64,000 nucleotides of DNA from Octopus vulgaris (GCA_951406725.2 OX597823.1:110112001-110176000); one strand, 5' to 3'. Positions 14,001 to 27,367 are shown, counted from the stretch's first letter. Program-made: numbers and translations. The notes: generated by a model from the sequence alone, not told the origin.

Positions 14001-14497
14001 GTTCGAAAGAAAAGCGGAGACAGTACATTTTGTATTCTAAATATAACTCAAATATCGGAAAGATAATACTCAACTCTGTAAATATTCAGGTGTATATATG
14101 TGACATTGATATGTTCTGAGCTTTGTGTGTTTCTCCATTTTGTGTTCTCAAATAGAAAAACATGAAATTGAAAGAGGTTGTGAAAAGATGTACGAGGAAA
14201 TTGTCAGAAGACAAGGGATTCGTAAGAGAAAGGAATAATAGGAGACACTATTATTCCTTCCCTTTTCTCGATGGTATTTTCATATTACCCACCCAAATGG
14301 AAACGCGACCCTACTCGAAACTGTGATAGTGCTTTCATTTGCTCACTAGAGATCTACTAGAAATAGCAACGGAATTCTCCTCATAGTATATATTCAAACC
14401 TGTATGAAAAAGGGTTAGGGTTATATACTTCATATAATGAAGTTGTATGTATATTGTTTGAAAATAAGCTGAGCATCAAATCCATAAGCATAAATAA

Positions 14498-16817
14498 CAG
14501 ATGGGATGATAACAAAAAAATGTATTGTCTACTACCCAGACGAATTGTGCTGTACTAAACTAAATCGAGTACGCAGAATATGAATCTGAACTCAGAATTG
14601 CTATAGCATGTCAGGATCTTGAGTTATGCGCATAATTATATCTTGATACTATATTAGAATCAGGAATAGTTAAGTTCAAGGTAAATCATTTTTATAATTA
14701 TTATAATTATATATTAGTACTGTTTATAGTAAATTTATGTTCAAGGCAAATGGTATTATAATATAACGGTACATAGTATATTTATGTTAAGGGAATACTC
14801 AGTTTATTTTTGATATGCTCATCTCAGAAATGTTTGAGAAACTTACTCTTGCGCCTATGTGTTGTGCTGGTCTGCCGTTGTAGGAACCAGCAGTAGTCAC
14901 CCACCATGCGTGGATTGAATCCGCCTTGATACCTTATTTCCATCTCAGATATGTCCTGGTGATATCTCTCAGCATGCTCATCACCAAGGGAAGCACAATT
15001 TGTTGGAAAAAATCGGTCAGAATGCAAGAAGTGCATTTTAAGGGACATTTGGCAACCCATTCTTTCATACGCTGTTAGCATGTTGTTTAGTAAATCAGCA
15101 TAGTTTTCAGCACTGTGATTTCCAAGAAATTTCTGTGCCACTAACACGAATGAATCGCATACCATCCGTTCAAGTGGATTCCGTTTACCTCTAAATTTGC
15201 TATCAGATATCAATTCTCTGATATTGGGTCCACTGAAAATGCCTGCTTTCAGTTTTCCGTCACTTTTCTCTACACCAAATTTTACTTTTAAGTACTGGAA
15301 ACCACCACCATTGTATGTCATTGCTTCTACAAAGTTTTTCCTGAGGCCACGTTTGATGTGAAGGGGTGGAAGGGAGATCTTTCCAGGGTAATGATTGATG
15401 TCGTAGGGGTTGCTCCAAACACACAAGAAGCACATAGTTTTGCTATATCCCAGCTGCAGTCCTAGGAGGAGGGAAATCACCTTTAAATCACCACAGACAG
15501 ATATTCCACTTATGTACTGAGTGATTAACTCCTTTTCAGAATGAGTTCTCTCGATCCATAAGTTTCTTCCATACCGAAAACAACCACATGAATGGAAGGT
15601 TTTTCCATAACCGTTATGTGACAACACAGCTTTGAGGCAAAGCTTACTCGGGTCTATGAACAATCTTCATTCGTTAACCACATGCACGTGTCCTACATGA
15701 GTGCATTAACGTCAGTACAGAAACAAGCATTATGTTCTTGCTTCAAAAAGACGGACAAACCTTTATGGCGAGAACGGAAAATGGAAATTTTCGTACCTTG
15801 CTGTTGGAGATTCCGTTCTTGTATAGGTCCGTTGTTGTGATTTGGATCCCAAAACTTCTCTCCCTTTGGACAATGCTTGGGGGAGAATCAGGGGGTTCAT
15901 CGTGCGCCGTGTCAAGTTTTCAAGTGAAATATGTGAGAGGGGAACAGCGACAGTGTTCTCGAAGTCATGTGGGACCGGTTTTAGAGCCGACTTACAATCT
16001 GCATACACAATTTTTGCTTTGCTCTTCTTCGAGAAACCACTAATATTAGTCATGCAGAAATAACACTCAGAGACATGATTGGCTGGCTCACGTCATACCA
16101 TTGGTACAGCAAAAGGCATTACTTTCTGTTTTCCATTCAGCCACTATGTAAACCCTAAGTAATACCCGGGGTAGCATTTATGATGTGCCCACCTGTTGTC
16201 TTGGTCCTCAACTTTACACCCAAATAGCTGGCTGTGGAAAGAGATAGAGGAAAAGTGGAATTGTTTCGTACAAACACACGCATATATGTATATATATGTA
16301 TAGGCGGTTTTTAATTTGTTGGCAATTTTCTTCCGCTGGTCACGTGGAGCACACTTTCCACAGACATAATATAAATTGCCTGGGTGATTTACACAGCTTC
16401 TCCTATTCATGATCTAACACAATAAACACAGATAAAACAGTAATCACACAGAGCGAGAGATACGCATACCACACGTGACAGCAGCGCAGACCGAGAGTTA
16501 CCAAGAACAAACTGACGTACTTGGCATTGCACACAAGACATCAGAGCCATCTAAAGCTAAACTAAATAATGAACTTTCTTATTGTTTGTTTTATTGCAGT
16601 TATTTCTTTAATTCTGAATTAAGATCGCTTTCATTTTAGCAAATTTTATAATGTGGCCTATATCTAACCGAAAGCATAGTTATAAATCTTGCACATGCAT
16701 ATAGCTCAAGATCCAGCCGTGCTAGAACAATTCTGAGTGCGGATTCGGAATCAGCATCCTCGATTTAGTCTAAAACACATGCTTTTATTCCAGTAGCAAA
16801 ATCCTTGTTGTCCAGTG
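14498..16817 (-). mobile_element. Chapaev3-like (CMC superfamily) DNA transposon, near full length, with disrupted transposase
   Basis: Imperfect TIRs of ~120 bp (14500-14635 vs 16697-16817; shared core ctaaatcgag..gaatc..actcagaattg..tagca..ggatcttgag). The right end reads CACTGG on the minus strand and is flanked by TAA. The left end (taa-cag) is eroded. Transposase fragments lie in between. Confidence 0.8.
14824..16410 (-). pseudogene. Chapaev3-type DDE transposase, frameshifted into at least 3 pieces
   Basis: N-terminal 'RSCVNHPGNLYYVCG...FGCKVEDQDNRWAHHKC'. Middle 'IVYADCKSALKPVPH'. Catalytic part 'LFIDPSK..LKAVLSHNG', 'CGDLKVISLLLGLQLGYSKTMCFLC', 'LPPLHIKRG', 'MSLKMHFLHS', 'DEHAERYHQDISEMEIRYQG', 'DYCWFLQR'. 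Confidence 0.85.
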
Positions 16818-17610
16818 TAATAGCTGAACTGGTGCTAAACAATATCACCAACTGAGTCGAGAACGATAACCCTGTTGCATACAGATTAAAATAACAACGG
16901 ATTATGATCAACCATGTATACATGAAATACTTGAAATTCTTGCATTTATGGTACGCGAATTCTATGGAAAGCAGTGATGTTATTTGGTTTGGAAATAAAA
17001 TGTGCCAAGGACATCTTGGAGATATTAAAGTTATTAATAAATAAGAATCCGTTTCATTATCGTAGCTGGAGAAACTGAGAAAAGAGAAATAGTTCAATGA
17101 GAGACGTATTAATACTTATTAATGAATTAATGAATTAGAATATAACGTATACAATTGATAGTAAAGGTTAAGATCGAATATTATACCATACATTTGAGTA
17201 ATAATCAAAACAGACCTAAATAGCAAGCTAAGATATCACTACCCTAGCCGTTCCAGTAATAAGATATCTTTATATATTATTCCGAAACGGAAGTTTAGTG
17301 ATTTTACAAGACGAGCTAGTAAAGCAAGGAAAAGACCATTGTTTTGTATACACTAGCAGAAAGATAATGCAGAAAGTTGTATTTATCACTAGACCCTGAG
17401 ATGCAAAAGTCGTCTGCAACCAGAAAATTGTAACAAAATATATAATAGAAACATATTCAGTATAAAATAGAAGAAAAAATAAATATTACAAATAATTACA
17501 AAACTAAAACATAGCGAAATCAAACATTTTTACTTTTGCTTCTAGGATAGGCACCAAAATATATAACGGTGATACGAAGAAAACTGGGGAACTATATTAA
17601 AAGAAATACG

Positions 17611-17692
17611 TTGATGATGATGATGATGATGATGATGAAGATGATCATGATGATGTTGATGATGCTGATGACGATCGTTATTTACTTTGCTA

Positions 17693-17754
<62 letters not shown>

Positions 17755-17840
17755 GCAACAACAACAACAACAGCAACAATAACAATAATAATGATGATGA
17801 TGATGATGGCGATGATAGCAATAATAATAATGATAAAAGC

Positions 17841-17879
<39 letters not shown>

Positions 17880-18076
17880 TTATAATAATAATAATAATAA
17901 AATAATAATAATAATGATAATAATAATAATAATAATAAAAATAATAATAATAATTTACAATAATAATAATAATAATAATAATAATAATTTATAATAATAA
18001 TAATAATAAAATAATAATAATAATAATAATAATAATAATTTATAATAATAATAATAATAATAATAGTAATAATAAT

Positions 18077-18160
<84 letters not shown>
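17611..18160. repeat. Compound (GAT)n/(CTA)n/(CAA)n/(AAT)n microsatellite
   Basis: Read directly. Confidence 0.95.
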
Positions 18161-18162
<2 letters not shown>

Positions 18163-18223
18163 GATCGTCAAATATAGAATTACGTGTTATGAAAGATCGT
18201 CAAATATAGAATTACGTGTTATG
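18160..18223. repeat. Exact 32-bp tandem duplication
   Basis: aaagatcgtcaaatatagaattacgtgttatg at 18160-18191 and 18192-18223. Confidence 0.9.
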
Positions 18224-18479
18224 GCTATAGACTGGCACAAGATTTACAACTTATAGAATATTTTATCCCAAGGTCTTGAAGACATTGATGTGTTCATAGT
18301 TACAAGAAAGGCAAAATATTATAGTGCTTATCATACCAATATTTATAGCATATTATGTCGCATGTTGTCATAAGGTATGCAATATAATTTAGTTCCATTT
18401 GCTTTAACATTTTACAACACGTATGGAAATGCTCAGATGCGTATACTCAGCTATCGTTGCACCTGGTCCTACGATTTAT

Positions 18480-18866
18480 GGAGGCGCAATGGCCCAGTGG
18501 TTAGGGCAGCGGACTCGCGGTCATAGGATCACGGTTTCGATTCCCAGTCCGGGCGTTGTGAGTGTTTATTGAGCGAAAACACCTAAAGCTCCACGAGTCT
18601 CCGGCGGGGGATGGTGGTGATCCCTGCTGTACTCTTTCACCACAACCTTCTCTCACTCTTACTTCCTATTTCTGTTGTACCTGTATTTCAAAGGGCCGGC
18701 CTTGTCACTCTCTGTGTCACGCTGAATATCCCCGAGAACTACGTTAAGGGTACACGTGTCTGTGGAGTGCTCAGTCCACTTGCACGTTAATTTCACGAGC
18801 AGACTGTTCCGTTGATTCGGATCAAGCGGAACCCTCATCGTCGTAACCGACGGTGTGCTTCCTCCC
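18480..18866 (+). mobile_element. tRNA-derived SINE, family B (ggaggcgcaatggcccagtgg head), full length
   Basis: A box tggcccagtgg and B box-like ggtttcgattccc. 13-bp TSD tcctacgatttat at 18467-18479 and 18867-18879. Near-identical copies at 31350 and 37177. Confidence 0.92.
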
Positions 18867-19129
18867 TCCTACGATTTATAATTTGTTACCCATTATGTTA
18901 TTTCAATATCCAAAAATTGTATCGTTTAATTTATATAGGTATAAGACAGTTGTGATTTGCTTGTTGTGGTATAGAGACGTTTGTCATCACATTGAACATT
19001 CAAGGGAATCTTAAATCGGATCGTGTGTTGGTGAAGCAGATGCTGATGCTGATGATAATGATGATGATGATGGAAATGGTGATAATACCAATGGTGATAA
19101 TAATGATCGCGAAGGTTTTCCAGATAAAC

Positions 19130-19166
<37 letters not shown>

Positions 19167-19169
19167 TGC

Positions 19170-19223
<54 letters not shown>

Positions 19224-19245
19224 ATATATATATATATCTAAATAG

Positions 19246-19338
<93 letters not shown>

Positions 19339-19803
19339 TGTTTGTGTGTGTGTGTGTGTGTGTTTGCTTCGTGTGTTTTAATATATATATATACTTATTT
19401 TAAGTTTCTTATTCACTATTGTGCACAAACTATCTTCTTTATGGTGTGAAATATATGGATACATAATTTATATGAAAATGTAAAACTCATTCTCTGCGTC
19501 TCTCTGGAAATGTATGTATATAAACATATATATATATATTCATACATATATATATATGTGTGTGTCTATGTGTGCGCGTGTGTGTGTGTGTTTGTGTGTA
19601 AAGAGATTGACACGAGAATAGTATATTGTTATATTTTATGTATGCATATATTTCATATCATAAAATAGGTAGTATGTTCTGTGCACAAAAGTAAATCAGA
19701 AACTTAGAAAAAAACCTATATATTGAAAAACAGGCAAACACACACACACATGTATATGAATATTATATACATACATATATACATATATATATCTATATAT
19801 CTA

Positions 19804-19894
<91 letters not shown>

Positions 19895-19916
19895 ATATAT
19901 ATATATATATACATAT

Positions 19917-19967
<51 letters not shown>

Positions 19968-21250
19968 TAGATATAGATAGATATATCGATAGATAGATGC
20001 CGAAGCTTGCAGACAATCATATGCATGCATACACAAAACTACTTATTAAAAATATCACTCATAAGTATAAAGAAAAACAACAATGCTAAAAAAAGTACCA
20101 TACACGAAAGCACCTGTCTGTTTTAGTGTGCACTCCCCATCTACAGATCTGGTTACAGAAAACGAGACACCGTATTCCTCCAAATACATATACATATATA
20201 TATACACAGACAAATAAAGAATTCCACTTTTCTTCTATCTCCTTCCTCAGCCAGCCATCTACCAAGCATTCACTGGATAGAAATTGTCCATTTAGCACCA
20301 CTATTACACTCAATTCCTCACTGGACAACGAAGTCAATTATTTCAGCTAAAGAAATATCTTTCTTAAACCCTCTATTATTCATTTCTTTTCATCTATTTC
20401 AGCCGACATACTAATATAAGATACCATTTAGAGTAACAGATTGGACATTGTCAATAGAAATGTTAGGAGAAAATAGAGGAAATACAGGCTTTTTATCTTT
20501 TTTTTTTACAATACTTTCATAATTTTCTAAAGAACCAAAATGATCTCGAAAAAGAATAAGAAAAATATAATACAAGATTGTAGACGACTCTATGTTTATG
20601 ATATATGTATTATGAATATAACTATCTATAGATGTGTGTATATATGTATTTATGAAGCTATACACACCCACCAAAACGACGCACTCACACACAGACACAC
20701 ACATATATATATATATATACACACATACGCTTACACACATATATCTATATCTATCTATCTATCTATCTATATAAATATATATATGTATATATAAGAATAC
20801 ATACATACATGTATGCATGTGTACATGCATTTGCTATATTTTCGTTCTGTATATCTGTATGTATCCGTGAAACAATGTCTAGTCTGTCTACGTTACTGTA
20901 CAAATGTATAGTAACTAGACATTAAAATACCGCCTCATTAGTTATTTCACTTTTTCACTATTCTTCTCTCTATTAATATGTATATATATGTGTGTGTGTG
21001 TGTGTATGTTAGTATGTGTATGCATGAATGTATATACAGAGATATACATTCACTCACTCATGAGCTTTTATACATGTATTACTTATATGCAATTGTGTTT
21101 CTACACACTCACTCAGATACACATACACACTTATATCTATACATGCACATATACATACATACATACATACATACACATATATGTGTGTGTGTACATTGTA
21201 TATGTATATATTTATGTATATATATATGTACATATATACGTATATATATA

Positions 21251-21308
<58 letters not shown>

Positions 21309-21541
21309 ACGGCCTTGATATTTAAGATGCAAACACACCTGCAAAGACACAAGTGCACCAGTATACATATACATGTGTGTGCTCGTTTGTCCTTTTATCT
21401 ATACTTACATCTATGAATATATATATATATATATATGTGTGTGTATACATATATATATATATGTATATATATATTTATACATTCATACATATATACATAC
21501 ATACATACATACATACATACATACATACATACATACATACA

Positions 21542-21575
<34 letters not shown>

Positions 21576-22098
21576 CATATATACATACTCGTCAGTTAGT
21601 GTGTAAATGTGCCCTTTGTAATTTGGTTATGTCTGTTTATTTGTATCTGAAGAAAAGCTCATAAGGTAATGCTATGATATATTTATTTACTTATTTTTAT
21701 TTTGTCTAAAGTTCGTCCATCCAAATAGAGTTATCTTGAATGCATTGCAAATCTGTGCAGCATTATAATTGTAATCTTAGAAAAATGAAACTAAATAGTG
21801 AATGCTGTATTTCCCATTGTCCTTTGTATCATTTATTTGTATAATATTGTTGGTCGTGGTTTTAAGTTGTATTCGCTCTTGCTTGAATCAACTCAACCAT
21901 CTGCTTTCTAAATCATAATTTATATTGAATCCAGTATTCTATTGATGTGACCAATTCCAATAAGGGGATAATGCAGTATGTTTGTTCATTCCAAGACAGC
22001 GTATTGCTATTTTCAGGCATGCTTCAACAAAAATGTTTTCCTTATATCTATGAAACTGTAACACACAGACTAATGTATGGGGGTACAAACACACACAA

Positions 22099-22176
<78 letters not shown>

Positions 22177-22209
22177 CCTACCTCTCTATCTAGCTATCTA
22201 CCTACCTAC

Positions 22210-22249
<40 letters not shown>

Positions 22250-22277
22250 ATATCTATCTATCTATCTATCTATCTAT

Positions 22278-22333
<56 letters not shown>

Positions 22334-23710
22334 GTGTGTGTGTATGTGTGTGTGTATATAGCTTTCTATCTCCTTCTCACTCACTCTCTCTCTCTCTCTC
22401 TCATATACATATATATATATATGCGTTTTTACAGGCATAGACATACGTATGTATAAAGTATTACTTGATACATTCATATTAATGCATATAAAAGCGCTTA
22501 ACTACACACACATAGACACACTTTCACCCATGTACCAATATATGTATACATATGTGTGGATTTATCTACGTGTGTATGCATGCAAGCATGCATGTTTGTA
22601 TATATACAAGTATGTATATGTGTATGTACATGTGTACGTATGTGTGTGTGTTTGTGTGAGAACACTATATTTTAGAATTATCACACTAATATATAAAATA
22701 TAAGCATTTCCCATGTTTGTGGTTCTTATCGTTGGTAACATACTGCATGCACGATAGTTGTTTACGTTTCTGTAAACAATGTACCCATGGCAACGCATTC
22801 GCATTTCATATTAGCACAATGTTCAAACTATATGTCAGTGTATATGTGTGTGTATATACATAAAAGTACTTATGCATAAGCGCATAAATTTATATATAGA
22901 TATATATATATGCATACGCATATGTACACACACACACACACAAACATATATACACATATATATATAGATGAATAGATATATAATATATAACATATTGTGG
23001 TATAATATAATATAAGCGTTTGTGTGCATATGTACTTGTCTGGTTGTTTGTCTGTGACTGTGCGTTCGTGCGCGCTCGCATCTGTGTGTGTGGGTATGTG
23101 TGTGTGTGTATGTAGGAATGTTTTCATACACTTTAACTACGAATCGATTGAAATGACAATACGGCAAATATACCATAAATTTCTTTATCACAGACACAAT
23201 AAAACCGGTATATCGAAATCAAGCAATGGAATTGCGATCCATTTGTTCAAACAGCTGTTTCTTCTATTTCTTAAAGCAAACTAAATAAATGACTCCATCT
23301 TAATAGGGCTTCAATGAATCTAACAGAAATCATTGAAATATTCAAAGCCGTTTATTTAATCGTATAGCTATATTTTAAACTTTGTATAGGAAAACAATAG
23401 GGCTTTTGTGTGTGGTATAGCATTGGTTGCTGTGGGGTTCTGGAAACGTAAATTAGATCCTACAACAAATTTCTGTTGTTTCTGCTTCTATTCTTCTAAT
23501 ATATACCTAAGCAAGATACAACAGTAGACTGGCGTGTTTCTTCGTGGATTTAAATAAGTATATATGAAAAAACGAACAGGTCATCACCACCGAACATTAC
23601 CACGCGTACACGCACAAGCATAAGAGAAGCAAGGGAAAACTCGCACATACATGCATCCATGTATACATACACGCGCGCGCGCGCACACACATAGACACAC
23701 AAACACACAG

Positions 23711-23783
<73 letters not shown>

Positions 23784-23891
23784 GTTCAGCAAAAATTTAG
23801 ATTCAGATGAATATGGTACTTAAGTTAAAGGCACCAGAATTTGGTATGGTATTATCCATATAAATCGAATTTAATTTTAAAAAATTTGATA

Positions 23892-23979
23892 TGTGGCTGA
23901 AGAGTGCTCTACATTTTAAAACTGCTGTAATACTTACATTGTTTAATTAAAAGAAGTAGCATGAAACGATTTTACTACG
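23892..23979 (+). ncRNA. Degenerate type I hammerhead ribozyme-like motif
   Basis: tgtgg-CTGAAGA-gtgc(tc)tac...gtagcat-GAAA-cgatt-TTA-ctacg. Stem I tgtgg/ctacg pairs using G-U wobbles. Stem III is broken. Confidence 0.4.
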
Positions 23980-24040
23980 CTACCTTAGGATATCCTTGTT
24001 GTTTATTTGGATATATATATATATTGAGGTAGTAATTGTG

Positions 24041-24121
24041 CACGGCTGAAGAAGGCCAGAGACACACATTATGCATTGTTATAAATCCGTCTAATAAAGG
24101 CCCGAAACATATGTACCGCTG
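24041..24121 (+). ncRNA. Type I hammerhead ribozyme-like motif with a long stem-II insert
   Basis: cacgg-CTGAAGA(24046-24052)-aggcc...ggccc-GAAAC(24104-24108)-atat-GTA(24113-24115)-ccgctg. Stem I is cgg/ccg plus ca/tg. Stem III is the palindrome acatatgt. Confidence 0.65.
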
Positions 24122-24148
24122 AATCCTTGGCATCAAGTTTTTATTTTG

Positions 24149-24201
<53 letters not shown>

Positions 24202-24206
<5 letters not shown>

Positions 24207-24690
24207 ATTTTCTCCTCACAAAGAACAAGTGAGGGTTCAGTAAAGTAAGGCGTTAATCATGTTCTATGGACACGAATGTGTCTCCTGAGGCCTGCCGGTG
24301 CCTTGCAATCCCTTTTGGCAAATGGAACAAGTTGACGACTCAGTTTGCCTGAGTGCTTATGTATCATTCAATATGTTTTCCTGTGTGGCCAGCAAGGCCT
24401 GCTTTGCTTCGTGCACAAAAACGACAATGACAGGTAAAGTTTCCATTTCGAGAAGCAGCGTTTTTCCAGCGTGTCTTTATGTTTGCACGAACTTCGCCCC
24501 GATGATGGAATCGACTTTGCTCAAATCTTTGAACTGAGGAGAAGCAAGACTGGCTTCAGGTCCTGTGTTCTGATACTTCGTTTTCCCAGGAAGAAAAGAG
24601 ACATTTGCATCGCTTCAGATTGACTTTTAGTTTGTCTCTGAAGTGCGAGAATGGCCTTCCAACTGACCTTCCTGTTGGAAATTGGCCAAA
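24202..24690 (-). mobile_element. RTE-BovB-like LINE 3' end (ORF C-terminus with two C2H2-like fingers), decayed
   Basis: 'GRPFSHFRDKLKVNLKRC...SSWENEVSEHRT*' (cf. GRP..RYKD.LK..LK...WE..A.DR..W), then 'CHCRFCARSKAGLAGH' and 'CSICQK/DCKAPAGLRRHIRVH' across a frameshift. Confidence 0.7.
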
Positions 24691-24729
24691 GAGAAATTAC
24701 ACACGCACATACAGACACACATATGTGTA

Positions 24730-25150
24730 TATTGTTGTTGGAATCCTTTTGTTTCGGGAGACAATGGAGTTGCGCATAAACTAATGCAGTCTGGTTTTTA
24801 CATTGTCCTCTCCAACTTCCTCTCCAGTTTTGCGCAGGCCTGGGCTAGATGTAAGAAAATCCTAGGTAACCCAATCGTCAGGATTCCTCTATCGACCTTG
24901 CTGACGTAGTCCAAAGGAGTGCAGAGCATTACGTTTGGCACCAGCCTGGTTGAAGGATCTGCCGGAATAGTGTCGAGTCGAACACTAAACCGCCTACGGG
25001 GCTCCACACCGGATTTCTTTGAAGGTTGTCTCCTTTCTGTAATCCTGGATAGCGGCCTATACCGGGTACTGTCAACCGGAGCCAGCTGAGCCCGGCAAAC
25101 ATGTCAGGTAGGGTCGTCACTCTCTGAAGTACTGAAGAAAATCGCTACCC
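24730..25150 (-). mobile_element. GC-rich non-coding interspersed element with (CAA)n-like tail, probable non-autonomous retroposon
   Basis: Roughly 50% GC island of 420 bp bounded by TA/CA microsatellites. The minus strand ends ...ggattccaacaacaat. No recognisable ORF. Confidence 0.5.
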
Positions 25151-25270
25151 ACTATATATGTATATATATATATATGCATATTGCCATGCATACATACATA
25201 TTTCTGTGTAGTTTTACGTATATAGACTCACACATATACAAATATATACACACATATATATATGTGTGTG

Positions 25271-25580
25271 AGGATGCATCACCTAACGGTTAGAATATGG
25301 CACTCACGATTGCAAGATTGTAGTCTCAGTTGCTGGACAGGGTGGTTGTACTGCATGGTGCGTTTTGTTCTTGAGCAGAACATTTCATTTGACGTTGCTA
25401 TGCCATCATTTTAACACCTAACATGTGGTACTCGGAGACATGTGGTACTGTTCAGATAACGTTGATTCGATGGAGGGAGCGAGCTAATGTAGAGCACGTA
25501 CATTTCATCACGATAAACAAATAAATTGTGCAGATTTGTTCAGTAAAAACATTGCGGAACCGTCTTTCTCGGACTGCGAG
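25271..25580 (+). mobile_element. Degenerate CORE-like SINE, family D
   Basis: tRNA-like head followed by gttcttgagcagaacatttcattt (CORE-like). A related reverse fragment lies at 59640-59790. Confidence 0.5.
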
Positions 25581-25623
25581 TAACTACAATCATGTATGCC
25601 GGTATATATAAACATAAGTGTAT

Positions 25624-25854
25624 GGCGGCGAGCTGGCAGAATTGTTAGCACGCCGGGCGAAATGCTTAGCAGTATTTCGGCTGCCGTTACGTTCTGAGTT
25701 CAAATTCCGCCGAGGTCGACTTTACCTTTCATCCTTCCGGGATCGATAAATTAAGTACTAGTTACGTACTGGGATCGATGTAGTCGACTTAATCTGTTTG
25801 TCTGTCCTTGTTTGTCCTCTCTATATTTAGCCCCTTGTGGGTAGTAAAGATATA
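25624..25854 (+). mobile_element. SINE family A, full length
   Basis: Homologous to 4403-4632. 19-bp TSD ggtatatataaacataagt at 25601-25619 and 25855-25873. Confidence 0.9.
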
Positions 25855-26624
25855 GGTATATATAAACATAAGTTCTCGAAGTGTCGGAACTCGGAATCAG
25901 CATTTCTCCTTTGCAATACCAGAGCTCTTAATGTTGTATAAGTTATGCTTAGTTATAAAAACATTTGGCCGCTTTCTTTTAGTCCTATGTTAACGAAAAA
26001 TATTTTTTGCGTCATTATTTATCATTCACTATAAATGTCAGCATGTATCATTTTGTAGAAATGCCAAAACATTTCTAATGAGATTATTTGAATTCAAATT
26101 GTATTTATATGGAATTCTTTGCAACAATATGTGAGAAACTGAGTGGCGAATCAATATGTATGCCAAAATCTGTGGAACCTAGTCTATGTTAAGTATTTTA
26201 TTATTATATTTAGATGTAATGAGGTTGATTTTTAATTTAAAAAAAGACAAAGAGAAATTAGCAGCAGAGATAGTTAATATTTGGTATGGAAAAATATTGA
26301 AGATATTGGATCATAGTCCGATCCTTTTATCCATGTATATTAGGGGAAATTGTTAATGTCTTCCAATCCTCTTTCTATAGCGGAACGGACTCTTAAAAAC
26401 CATCTACTTGTGTTGACACTTAGACAGACGTTCGAATGACATTCAACTCGAGCATATTTTTAGGTTTTCGTGTCCATTTATACCAGATACAAAATAAACA
26501 TGTACATATTGCACGTGTTTGAGTGGTATAACACAAGAAAGTCCGGATACATGTATATCCATACAGAGAGATAGACAGAAAAGCAGATATACAGCTAGCT
26601 AGATAGCTAATTACCTATATATAT

Positions 26625-26821
<197 letters not shown>

Positions 26822-27108
26822 AAAACAGACTGACAAGATTTATGATTAAATCGTTCCAGTCTTGAAGAATCCATCCCACTTCCAGGAATAGTAAACAGTG
26901 CATTAAAACTCAGTGTGTCTTACAATTTTAGGGCAGAAAATTTTTCATAGGCACACATATGAACGAACATCCACAGAACCCCGTTGGATTCCTCGTTCGC
27001 ATAATCACCGAACCTGGAGCTTAACTATAATGTGTCCATAGCTCTTACTCAGTATTATCTGATACATTTGGGTCTTCTTGACAACATTACCTCTCATATC
27101 CTATATAT

Positions 27109-27365
27109 ATGTATATATCCAGCAATATCATCTATTGCATCTCCTGCTCTCTCTGCCATTTCCTGTACATCGGACAAACGGGACGCCACTTGGCTGACCA
27201 ATTCGCGGAACACCTCCGAGACATCCGCCTGGCCAATGACACACCGGTCTCACGCCATTTCCGCTCCACCGGTCACTCCTTGGAACAACTCTCTGTGTTC
27301 GGATTGTCCTTGCACAGAGGCCATCCGGATTCCCGTTTGCGCCGTGAACAGGGATTAATCTTAAT
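27109..27365 (+). mobile_element. Penelope-like GIY-YIG endonuclease fragment
   Basis: 'SSNIIYCISCSLCHFLYIGQTGRHLADQFAEHLRDIRLANDTPVSRHFRSTGHS...RLRREQGLI'. Confidence 0.88.
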
Positions 27366-27367
27366 TT

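Noticed and set aside
14230-14259. 12-bp perfect hairpin aaggaataatag/ctattattcctt
   Set aside because: AT-rich and isolated. It is plausible by chance or as a transposon scar, and I can infer no function.
16231-16299. Intron in the Chapaev transposase
   Set aside because: There is no GT donor at the 5' junction, the insert is in frame, and it matches a separate locus at 20220.
18480-18560. tRNA gene-like sequence (also at the heads of family A and C copies)
   Set aside because: It continues into a SINE body with TSDs and has several copies in the window. I see no complete cloverleaf or terminator.
18562-18747. Duplicated ORF MFIERKHLKLHE... (also 31469..31654)
   Set aside because: It is an incidental ORF inside SINE family B.
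26200-26480. Possible Penelope endonuclease 3' remnant on the minus strand
   Set aside because: Too degenerate to recover GIY or YIG motifs.
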